Assembly: GCA_965233855.1 (NCBI GenBank)
Contig: OZ247586.1
Span: 788,835 to 852,834 of the forward strand
DNA from: Rickettsiaceae bacterium
GTDB lineage: Bacteria; Pseudomonadota; Alphaproteobacteria; Rickettsiales; Rickettsiaceae
DNA length: 64,000 nucleotides
Reading direction: 5' to 3'
Shown here piece by piece: positions 39,906 to 48,530 of the stretch; position 1 is the stretch's first letter; each line of letters starts with the position of its first letter. A program made the position numbers and the translations under genes. The notes under the pieces were generated by a model. The model searched no databases and was not told the DNA's origin. It saw nothing but the letters and a program-made list of their open reading frames with translations.

Positions 39906-40355
39906 CTACTTACTAGTAAGTGAATACATTAACTTACCAATTAGATCCTCTATATTCAGCGCAGACTGAGTGAATTTAATTTTTCCACCATCTACAAAAT
40001 TATCATCCGATGCTCCTGGGTTAATACGTATATATTTTCCTCCCAAAAGACCACTTGTTGAAACAATAGCTCTAGAATCCACAGGAATATCAACTGAATC
40101 ATCGATTAATAGTTTTACAGAAGCGTAATACGTATCATCATGAAGCACTAAACTACCAACTTGCCCCACCTTTATACCAGCTAACTTTATATCTGAACCT
40201 TCAGATATACCATCAATATTTTGGAAATTAGCAATTAGTGTATAACCACTATTCCCTCGCGATGCGTTACTGATTTTATATGCAAAAGCAAAAAATCCAA
40301 ATGCTACGGCTAGCACCATAAATCCAACTATTGTTTCTAATTTAGCTTGTTTCAT
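39906..40355 (-). CDS. mlaD: Outer-membrane lipid asymmetry protein MlaD (MCE domain)
   Basis: N-terminal TM anchor ETIVGFMVLAVAFGFFAF, then YTLIANFQNIDGISEGSDIKLAGIKVGQVGSL MCE block. 149 aa. Confidence 0.85.
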   Translation of the reverse strand: MKQAKLETIVGFMVLAVAFGFFAFAYKISNASRGNSGYTLIANFQNIDGISEGSDIKLAGIKVGQVGSLVLHDDTYYASVKLLIDDSVDIPVDSRAIVSTSGLLGGKYIRINPGASDDNFVDGGKIKFTQSALNIEDLIGKLMYSLTSK

Positions 40356-40364
40356 AATTATTTT

Positions 40365-40706
40365 CTAAATTTTTGGTATCCATCTAGAATAAGTTTCTAG
40401 TTTTATATGTTCTGATTCAGAAGGGTTATGAGCCATTCTTGTACCTGTTAAATTCTGGACATGATCAATTTGCCAATCATATTCTTCCTGCTTTTCATCA
40501 GACGGAAGCTCTTGGCTTAAATAGTGCAACCATGCATGCCACTGGGCTGGAACTTTTGAACCATCATCAATGCCATTATACAAAACATAACGCTTACTTT
40601 GTCCTAAATAGTTCTTTCTTTTACCAATAAAGTACTTATTACCAAATTGATCAACACCAACTTGCTTACAAAATAACTTAACCCATAAACTATTTACTAA
40701 TGACAT
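40365..40706 (-). CDS. NDUFA12-like NADH:ubiquinone oxidoreductase subunit family protein
   Basis: VGVDQFGNKYF...RYVLYNG....VPAQWHAWLHY matches the NDUFA12/B17.2 signature (G.D..GN.Y....RW.....P..WH.WLH). Confidence 0.8.
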   Translation of the reverse strand: MSLVNSLWVKLFCKQVGVDQFGNKYFIGKRKNYLGQSKRYVLYNGIDDGSKVPAQWHAWLHYLSQELPSDEKQEEYDWQIDHVQNLTGTRMAHNPSESEHIKLETYSRWIPKI

Positions 40707-41162
40707 TTACAGCCTTCTCCTTGCTTCTTCTCGAGCTTCCACCGCTAATCTATCAGCAATATCATTGCCTTCGTTATTAGAGTGGCCTTTAACCCAATAC
40801 CAGATAATATCGTGTTTTTTTATTTCCTGCTGTAATTTTTGCCATAATTCAGCATTTTTAACTGGCTTATTGTCGCTTTTTCGCCAATTATTCTTTTCCC
40901 AATTATAAATCCACTCTGTAATTCCTTTCTGAACATAGGTACTATCAGTGTATAAATTTACCTTACAAGGCTTCTTTAAAACTTTCAAAGCTTCAATAGC
41001 TGCCATAAGTTCCATTCGATTATTTGTAGTATCTTCTAGAAAACCAGAAATTTCCTTTCTTTTACCTTTAAACAAGAGTAAAGCACCCCAACCACCAAGA
41101 CCTGGATTGCCTGAGCATGCACCATCTGTATATATTTCAACTAGTGGATTTGTATCACTCAT
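40707..41162 (-). CDS. rnhA: Ribonuclease HI
   Basis: [39 protein letters not shown] catalytic DEDD blocks. Confidence 0.94.
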   Translation of the reverse strand: MSDTNPLVEIYTDGACSGNPGLGGWGALLLFKGKRKEISGFLEDTTNNRMELMAAIEALKVLKKPCKVNLYTDSTYVQKGITEWIYNWEKNNWRKSDNKPVKNAELWQKLQQEIKKHDIIWYWVKGHSNNEGNDIADRLAVEAREEARRRL

Positions 41163-41168
41163 GAAATA

Positions 41169-41681
41169 TTATTTAGATTTTTTACGAAATTTATCTATAG
41201 AAACTATTTCTCCAGATTCTTTTTTACGATCTGATTTTACTGGTTCGTTGGTTTTTGAATCTTTTGGCTTCATTTTAACTAATTCACTAACTTCATCAAT
41301 TAGTAATTCGTCATCTAGTTCATCATTTGACTTGCGGAACTGCAAACTAAAATTAACTGAAGGGTCAGCAAAGCCTGTTAATGCTGAAAATGGAACCTCA
41401 ATAGTTTCACTTACTCCATTAAAAGCAATATTTACAGAGAATCTATCTTCAAGAACCCTGAGATCTTTATATTGATATTGCAGAACAATAGTAATTTCTT
41501 TAGGATATCTGGCCTTTACATTCTTAGATAGAATCACCTCAGGATAATCTGTACGAAAACTAATATAAAAACATTGCTCATCTTTTAACCCTTCATCTTG
41601 CGTGTGCTGCAATATTTTTTGTACAATACCAAGCATCGCTTCATCTATAAGAATTTGATAATCAATAGTCATCATATACAT
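41169..41681 (-). CDS. sspB: Alpha-type SspB (ClpXP specificity-enhancing factor)
   Basis: FYISFRTDYPEV...YPKEITIVLQYQY..L......F.V...F.G....I.VPF.AL..F.DPS block and a charged C-terminal tail, as in alphaproteobacterial SspB. Confidence 0.7.
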   Translation of the reverse strand: MYMMTIDYQILIDEAMLGIVQKILQHTQDEGLKDEQCFYISFRTDYPEVILSKNVKARYPKEITIVLQYQYKDLRVLEDRFSVNIAFNGVSETIEVPFSALTGFADPSVNFSLQFRKSNDELDDELLIDEVSELVKMKPKDSKTNEPVKSDRKKESGEIVSIDKFRKKSK

Positions 41682-41699
41682 AAATAAATATAATTATAG

Positions 41700-41975
41700 G
41701 ACTTTTCTGTTGCAAGGTAAGCCCCAAACCCCGCGGCGTTGCTTATCTCTAAGCTACAGCCTGCATACGTGAATTATTATCGTTTGCATTTACTTTTTTT
41801 GACCCATGATCAAAGATCACAGCGGAATCATACTGGGTAAAAGCTGTTTCTTTATTAAGCACGTCGATCCTGTTTCGCCCCCATAAAATATTAATGGTGG
41901 AGGCGCCGGGTACCGCCCCCGGGTCCGCAACTTCTATTCCAAACAATGTTTATTACCATAGCTAACAAGTAGCAA
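41700..41975 (-). ncRNA. ssrA: Two-piece (circularly permuted) tmRNA gene; outer boundaries approximate
   Basis: On the minus strand the acceptor piece ends GGAC-CCGGG-GGCGGTA-CCCGG-CGCCTCC-ACCA (CCA end at 41895). A 12-nt spacer ttaatattttat follows. The coding piece starts GGGGGCGAAACAGGATCGACG at 41882, with a G3:U pair against CGCCTCC. Tag ORF GCA AAC GAT AAT AAT TCA CGT ATG CAG GCT GTA GCT TAG encodes ANDNNSRMQAVA (41749-41787). Confidence 0.9.
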
Positions 41976-42040
41976 AAGTAATTATATCTCATATAAAACC
42001 TATATGCAAAGGGTAAGACCATTATTTATAATAAATTAAT

Positions 42041-42556
42041 TCAACATGCTCTTGAATGCTTTTGCATCTTCTTCAAAAGAATTTTTCGTTTCAAAGGTGA
42101 AATATAATCAAGAAATATCTTTCCATCCAGATAGTCTATCTCATGCTGAATTACTGTTGCAAGCCACCCTTCAGCATTCATGGAATGTAAATCTCCTGCA
42201 CTATCCATATAGTCAACTGATATTTCTGCAGGACGCTCAATATAAGCTTTTATACCTGGATAACTCAAAGAACCTTCTTCAAATCTTTGCATGGTTTTTG
42301 ATTGATGAGTGATAATTGGATTGATCATTGTTATAGGTGAACTTCTCTTTCCTTCTTGAAGATCAACAACTATAATCCTTTTTAACACACCTACCATATT
42401 AGCTCCGATACCTACAGCCTCATGTTTATACATAATTTCAAACATTGATTTAACTATATGATTAATTTCAGAATCAACATTCTCAACTCTAAGCGCCTTT
42501 TTCCTAAAAATTGGATTCGGTGCTATTTGAAGCTTTATCTCAGGTAATGTCACCAC
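42041..42556 (-). CDS. Peptide deformylase-like protein with degenerate metal-binding motifs
   Basis: Clear PDF fold by eye against E. coli Def. However, motif 1 is GIGANMVG (for GIGLAA.Q), motif 2 is EGSLSYP (for EGCLS.P) and motif 3 is QHEIDYL (for QHE.DHL). Confidence 0.85.
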   Translation of the reverse strand: MVTLPEIKLQIAPNPIFRKKALRVENVDSEINHIVKSMFEIMYKHEAVGIGANMVGVLKRIIVVDLQEGKRSSPITMINPIITHQSKTMQRFEEGSLSYPGIKAYIERPAEISVDYMDSAGDLHSMNAEGWLATVIQHEIDYLDGKIFLDYISPLKRKILLKKMQKHSRAC

Positions 42557-42557
42557 C

Positions 42558-43733
42558 TTATCTAACTATAGTTTGAAAAGCTTTCAATTCAAACTCCGGC
42601 ATAATTCCAAGCAAGTGATCAAAAATATCAGCCTGAATTGCCTCATGATTACCCCAATTAGTATCCTTGGTAAAGATATATAATTCTAAAGGAATGCCAG
42701 TTGAAGTTGGATCAAGCTGTCTAACCATAAAGGTAAAACCTTTCGTGTGTATATGCTCATTTGCATTCAAATATTGCTCAATATATTTCCTAAACATAGT
42801 GATATTTGCTACAGATTTTTTAGCCTCAAACAAGTCTTTATCCACCTTAGCTAATTCTTTCATACATGACATTTTCTTAAATTTGTCCAATGCTTTTTGA
42901 TCACAAATTTTTACAGTATCCATATCAAGACTTATTGATCTTTTAATTCTTCTTCCACCAGCTTGGAACATAGTACGCCAATTACGAACTCCAGTAGTTA
43001 GAAAAGCATAAGTTGGAACGGTAGTTGTCGTCTTATCAAAATTTCTAATAACTACTACAGTGATGGTAATTTTTTCAATATCACCATCTGCATTATAACT
43101 TGGCAAAGTAACCCAATCACCAACTTTAATTATATCCTGAAAAGTAAGTTGAATGCTTGCCATTAATCCCAAAACTGTATCCTTAAACACAAATGTTAAA
43201 AGAGCTGCGGCCGCACCAATACTTGTAAACAAAGACGAAATAGGAACACTCATAACTAATGATAATGTTGTTAAGATTGCGCATATAACAATTATTATTT
43301 TTATTATCTGAGTATGCAAACCAATAGGCACTCTCTTTGAAATTGCTTTTGTTTTATACATGTCAGTTCCAATATTAATAACCGCTAAAAGGAACGTAGA
43401 TATTGAAAATATAAGATATATAGTGACTATTGTATCTTTTGCCTTTACAGCCGCAGCTGACATAAGATCGCTCTTATCAAAAACATCACCCCAAAACATA
43501 AGATAGAATGCAATAAAAAGATGGACTAACCTGGCTGTTAAATGGTGTCTATCGATAATCTCTTCATAATTCTCACCTCTTAACTTTGCTATTTTGTTCA
43601 CGCTAGGTGAAACCACGCGTTTTGTAATAAATAAAAGAGGATAGAATGCGACTACCATAATACCCAACATTACCAAAAACTGATGACCATCATATAACGA
43701 ATAAACATCTTTTATTGCGAATAACTCTTCCAT
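42558..43733 (-). CDS. MscS-family mechanosensitive channel
   Basis: Multi-TM N-terminal half, then IKVGDWVTLPS..DGDIEKITITVVVIRNFDKTTTTVP, the MscS beta-domain signature. Confidence 0.8.
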   Translation of the reverse strand: MEELFAIKDVYSLYDGHQFLVMLGIMVVAFYPLLFITKRVVSPSVNKIAKLRGENYEEIIDRHHLTARLVHLFIAFYLMFWGDVFDKSDLMSAAAVKAKDTIVTIYLIFSISTFLLAVINIGTDMYKTKAISKRVPIGLHTQIIKIIIVICAILTTLSLVMSVPISSLFTSIGAAAALLTFVFKDTVLGLMASIQLTFQDIIKVGDWVTLPSYNADGDIEKITITVVVIRNFDKTTTTVPTYAFLTTGVRNWRTMFQAGGRRIKRSISLDMDTVKICDQKALDKFKKMSCMKELAKVDKDLFEAKKSVANITMFRKYIEQYLNANEHIHTKGFTFMVRQLDPTSTGIPLELYIFTKDTNWGNHEAIQADIFDHLLGIMPEFELKAFQTIVR

Positions 43734-43904
43734 TAAATTTTCTCACATAATTCTATTGAACGAATAATCAGCTATTATAATACACAGCATTGCACTGGAA
43801 AAGTTTTTTTTCAGCAAAATATAAGAATTTAGGATAGACAAATATGTTTTTATTGATTATAAGTTGCATCAAGACATGTGCGTAAATTGTGTACATAACA
43901 TAAT

Positions 43905-43980
43905 GGCCAGGTAGCTCAGTTGGTAGAGCAAGGGACTGAAAATCCCTGTGTCGGCGGTTCGAACCCGTCCCTGGCCACCA
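43905..43980 (+). tRNA. tRNA-Phe (GAA), CCA encoded
   Basis: GGCCAGGTAGCTCAGTTGGTAGAGCAAGGGACTGAAAATCCCTGTGTCGGCGGTTCGAACCCGTCCCTGGCCACCA. 7-bp acceptor stem, anticodon loop CTGAAAA, T-loop GGTTCGAAC. Confidence 0.95.
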
Positions 43981-44086
43981 CTTAATATTTTTATCCCTTA
44001 TATAATCCTGTTCTTAGCCTTTTTATTTTGCAAACTTGTTGCTTTATGTATAATGCTATAAATAGCAATAATATACTAAAACTCTT

Positions 44087-44239
44087 ATGCAACAAACTGA
44101 AATAGAAAAAACAAACTCTAAATCTATATCTTGCAAAGGCAAAGAAGCTCCCTATGATCACCCTCATGTGTATCTTGAAATCGACCCTAAAATCGGTAAA
44201 ATTGATTGTCCATATTGTGGAAAAAGATTTGAACTTTAA
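44087..44239 (+). CDS. Zinc-finger (zf-CHCC / NDUFS6-like) small protein (50 aa, not in the ORF track)
   Basis: MQQTEIEKTNSKSISCKGKEAPYDHPHVYLEIDPKIGKIDCPYCGKRFEL. The C..HP.V.L......CPYCG pattern is that of the alphaproteobacterial zinc-finger family. Confidence 0.65.
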   Translation: MQQTEIEKTNSKSISCKGKEAPYDHPHVYLEIDPKIGKIDCPYCGKRFEL

Positions 44240-44285
44240 TCAAGTTACAGCACTACTTTACAATATTTAAAACTAAGAGAAAACC

Positions 44286-45527
44286 TTGACAAGAAAGAGT
44301 TTCATCATATCTATTTTGACTGTGTTTGTTCAGTATTATGATTATCATTTATTTGGTTTTCTCGCAGCTAATATTGCATCTCACTTCTTTCCAGCTGATG
44401 AGACTATAACTCAATTAATTAATACATACTTTATCATGGCCGTTGCGATGATTGCAAAACCTATTGGAGCTGTTATCTTTGGAAAAATCGGCGATTTAAA
44501 AGGTCGATCAAACAGTTTTAAAATTAGTCTTATTGGCACTGCAATCGCATCTATAATATTATTCGCAACACCAGGATATGAACTAGCAGGAATAATTTCA
44601 TGTTTTCTATTACTAATTTGCAGAATGGCCATATGTGGCTTCGTATCCTCAGGTTCAGATGGAGTTCGGATATATATATATGAGCATATTCCAAAATCTA
44701 AACAATGCCTGGGAGTTGGTATCACCACCCTATTTACACAAGCAGGTTCTTTAACAGCTTCTTTATCAGCTTGGTTCTTTACTCTTAATTATTTCCCGGA
44801 ATATAGCTGGAGATTTGCTTTCCTTCTAGGAGGCTTAATGGGATTAGCAGTAGTTTTTGCAATGAAAATTACAAATTTTAGTGATGAAACAGAAATTAAG
44901 GCTGATTCAAAATTTGAAGAATATAAAAATTTATCAATTAAAGATATTGTACTCTCGAACTGGAAGCTATTTTTGTTATGTACGATTCTTGCAGGAGGTA
45001 TTGGTAGCACCAATCAATTTATAATTATTTTTTTTGGAACATATAATTTTGAAATACTAAAAACAATTGATAGATCATCAATGCAATTCTATATTACTAT
45101 TGCCATTATAGCTTATATGTTATTCAGCCTGATAAGCGGATATTTTGCTGATAAATTTAATAGATATTATATAACTATACTGGGCTCAATTGCTGCAATT
45201 ATATCAGCAACTATTGTTATGAATGGTTTAAACGACCTAATTTTAATTCCATTCTCTTATATTGCCATAGCTATATCTCTTCCATTTATAACAATGCCAG
45301 CTGCTGCAATCTTAAAACAATCAATACCAAAATCAATTAGATACAGGCTTTTTGCTTTAAGTCATGCTATAGGCTCTGTCTTTATTTCAGCACCAACTGC
45401 TTTACTTTCAACACTTATGTATAAAAAAACAAACCTTACTTGGCTACCAATTTGCTATTTTATTACTACAATTTTAATGATATCCTATGCACTGTACTAC
45501 CTAAACAAAAGAGCTACTAAAGACTAA
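44286..45527 (+). CDS. MFS transporter, ProP-like metabolite:H+ symporter family
   Basis: 12-TM profile with the GKIGDLKGRS loop 2-3 motif. TTG start. The stop overlaps the mutL ATG (TAATG). Confidence 0.75.
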   Translation: MTRKSFIISILTVFVQYYDYHLFGFLAANIASHFFPADETITQLINTYFIMAVAMIAKPIGAVIFGKIGDLKGRSNSFKISLIGTAIASIILFATPGYELAGIISCFLLLICRMAICGFVSSGSDGVRIYIYEHIPKSKQCLGVGITTLFTQAGSLTASLSAWFFTLNYFPEYSWRFAFLLGGLMGLAVVFAMKITNFSDETEIKADSKFEEYKNLSIKDIVLSNWKLFLLCTILAGGIGSTNQFIIIFFGTYNFEILKTIDRSSMQFYITIAIIAYMLFSLISGYFADKFNRYYITILGSIAAIISATIVMNGLNDLILIPFSYIAIAISLPFITMPAAAILKQSIPKSIRYRLFALSHAIGSVFISAPTALLSTLMYKKTNLTWLPICYFITTILMISYALYYLNKRATKD

Positions 45528-47344
45528 TGACTATAAAAATACTCTCAAACAGCACTATCAACAAAATCTCAGCCGGAGAAGTAATCGAAAGACCAGCTTC
45601 AGTGGTAAAAGAACTTGTAGAAAATGCTATCGACGCCGAATCAACAGAAATCGAGATTACTCTTGAATGTGCTGGGAAAAATTTAATTGTTATCAAAGAC
45701 AACGGAAAAGGAATGTCTAAAGATGAGCTTGAATTAGCAATTCAACGACATGCAACATCAAAATTAGATGAAGATGATCTGCTCAATATTAATAGTTTTG
45801 GCTTCAGAGGAGAAGCACTTCCTTCAATTGGAGCTATTAGTAAATTTAAAATCACCTCACAGAAAATAGAATCAGATAAGACGTACTGCCTTTCTATAAT
45901 AGGAGGAACTATTGAGCCCACAACAAACTCTACAGGCAATGTTGGAACAACTATAGAAGTTAGAGATTTATTTTTTGCAACGCCCGCAAGATTAAAATTC
46001 CTTAGAACTGACAGAACTGAGTTAAACGCAATAATTGAGTGCATAAAAAAAATTGCTTTAGCGCATCCAGAGATAGCATTTACTTTAACTCATGACGACA
46101 AGGAATTACTAAAGGTAAGAAAACAAAGTGGATCAGACAATATCAAAAATAGAATTTTAGAAATAATAAATACAGAGTTTATAGAAAATTCTGCAGAGGT
46201 TACTTTTGAAAGAGATAATATTAAAATATATGGATATACTTCTCTTCCTACATACAACAGAGCATCAGCAGATGAACAGCATTTATTCATCAATAACAGA
46301 CCAGTAAAAGACAAAATACTCAATATTGCTCTAAAAGTAGCCTATCAGGATTATCTAGCTAGAGATCGGCACCCAGTATCTGTGTTATTCTTAAGTATAG
46401 ACCCTCAACAAGTTGACGTTAATGTCCATCCAGCTAAGAGTGAAGTTCGTTTTCATGATCCAAACATGATAAGAGGTATGGTGATTAGCGCTATAAAAGA
46501 TGCGCTGAATAACTCTAGCCACCGCGTGTCTAATACACCTGCAGCAACTGCAATCAACTATATGAGAAACACTCAAGCTAGCTCATCTTTTCAAGAAAGA
46601 TCTCACAACCAGAATAGGTTTAATATTCCTCCAACTAGAACAAATTCAACACCAATTGCAAGAACTGATTATGCATTAGCGACTCAAGATAAAATGTTCG
46701 TAGAAAATGCACCGCAGTCAATTATAGAACAAGCTTCTCCATCGGAAACAGAGTATAATAATTTTCCACTTGGAGCGGCAAAAGCTCAACTCCATAGCAC
46801 ATACATAGTATCACAATCAAATGACAGTATTATTATAACTGATCAACACGCAGCTCATGAGCGCATCGGCTATGAAAAAATAAAAGAACAAATTGATAAA
46901 AATGGTTTAATAAAACAAAGATTACTCATTCCAGAAATAGTTGAGCTTTCTGATGAAACAAAAGCAGGAATTTTAAATGATAATAAAGAAACCCTGAGCA
47001 AGCTTGGCCTAACAATAGAAAAGTTTGGTGATAAATCTATAATAGTTTCTGAAATACCTAGCCTTGTTGGTGATATCAATATCTCAAATTTAATATCAGA
47101 TTTAGCTGATCACTTTACTGCACTTGGCGAAAATATCGCACTAACAGAACTTATTGAACATATAACTGAAACATATGCCTGCCACTATGCAATCAGAGCT
47201 GGCAGAAAGCTCAATTCAAATGAAATGAATGGGTTACTCAGACAGATGGAGAACACACCATTTTCAGGACAATGCAATCATGGAAGACAAACATATGTCG
47301 AACTAAAGCTAAAAGATATAGAGAAACTATTTGGTAGAAAATAA
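45527..47344 (+). CDS. mutL: DNA mismatch repair protein MutL
   Basis: GHKL ATPase N-terminus ([37 protein letters not shown]) and C-terminal dimerisation/endonuclease region (DQHAAHERI). Confidence 0.95.
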   Translation: [605 protein letters not shown]

Positions 47345-47967
47345 TGATTGATTGGATAAATCTTCCAAGCCCAATAGAATATTCTAAAGCTATTAAGATA
47401 ATGGAAGATAAACTCGAAAAAATCATATCAAACGAAGAACAAGAAACTATATACCTCCTTGAACATAAAAAAATATACACTGCGGGTACGAGTCACCAAA
47501 AAGAAGAGCTACTAGACTCTTCCGAAATACCAGTCATTTATACTGGCAGAGGTGGAAAATACACTTACCATGGACCAGGACAAGCAGTAATCTACCCACT
47601 TATTGATTTAAGAAGAAAAAATCGTACTAAAGATATCAAGCTATATGTCAGGAATCTTGAACAATCAATAATCAATAGCTTACAGCAATATTCTATTGAA
47701 GCATATACTATTGAGGGCAAAGTAGGTATATGGGTAAATCATGGCAATACCCCAGCAAAGATAGGAGCAATCGGAGTACGCATCAAAAAATGGGTTACTT
47801 ATCATGGTATTGCTGTCAACATCTCAACTGATCTTCAAAGCTATAAAGGAATAATACCTTGTGGTATATCAGATTTTCCAGTAACCTCATTAAAGGAACT
47901 GGGAATTGAAATATCAATACATGATTTCAATTCTGTTTTTAAAAAAGAATTTGAAAAAATATTCTAA
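47344..47967 (+). CDS. lipB: Octanoyltransferase LipB
   Basis: RGGKYTYHGPGQ block and PCGI catalytic Cys block. 207 aa. Confidence 0.9.
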   Translation: MIDWINLPSPIEYSKAIKIMEDKLEKIISNEEQETIYLLEHKKIYTAGTSHQKEELLDSSEIPVIYTGRGGKYTYHGPGQAVIYPLIDLRRKNRTKDIKLYVRNLEQSIINSLQQYSIEAYTIEGKVGIWVNHGNTPAKIGAIGVRIKKWVTYHGIAVNISTDLQSYKGIIPCGISDFPVTSLKELGIEISIHDFNSVFKKEFEKIF

Positions 47968-48530
47968 TGAAAATAATTCAAATAATTATATCATTGTCAA
48001 TCTTTGCCTGGTGTATGGGGTTCTTCTATTTCATAAAATATACCAATAATATTTCAAATGAAAACAGAAATATTACGGAATCAATCGTAGTTTATGGTGG
48101 AAATAAAGAAAGATTATATGTAGGTGCTCAGCTATTAAAACTTGGTTATGCTCCTATTGTTTTTGTAACAGGTGATAAACCCAGGAAAGAATACGAAAAC
48201 TTCATCAAATCTAATAATATTATACAAGAACAATTTTTATTCGATAAGACCCTTGCGAATAATAAGCTTAGCCCAATCAATGACGTCCTTGCATTTCTTA
48301 AAAGATATCAGTTTCATTCGGTAAGAGTGGTGCTAAACGCAACTCAAATACCTCGAGCAAAATTAGAATTCGCCGCAAAAGTACCCCGTGAAATTATACT
48401 CATCCCTCATGCAGTATCAAAGAAGGGAGACAAAAGTTTCAAAGTATTTATAGAATATCTTAAATATAATATAATGTTATTCGCATCTTTTATGGGTACC
48501 GAAGATGACTTCGATCTATCATATTCTTGA
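47967..48530 (+). CDS. YdcF/DUF218-family protein
   Basis: N-terminal TM segment, then IVVYGGNKERLYVGAQLLKLGYAPIVFVTGD, typical of DUF218. Confidence 0.65.
   Translation: MKIIQIIISLSIFAWCMGFFYFIKYTNNISNENRNITESIVVYGGNKERLYVGAQLLKLGYAPIVFVTGDKPRKEYENFIKSNNIIQEQFLFDKTLANNKLSPINDVLAFLKRYQFHSVRVVLNATQIPRAKLEFAAKVPREIILIPHAVSKKGDKSFKVFIEYLKYNIMLFASFMGTEDDFDLSYS

Noticed and set aside
41749-41946. 65-aa minus-strand ORF in the ORF track
   Set aside because: It lies entirely within the tmRNA gene. Only its last 12 codons (ANDNNSRMQAVA) are meaningful, as the tmRNA tag. The rest reads through the tRNA-like domain.
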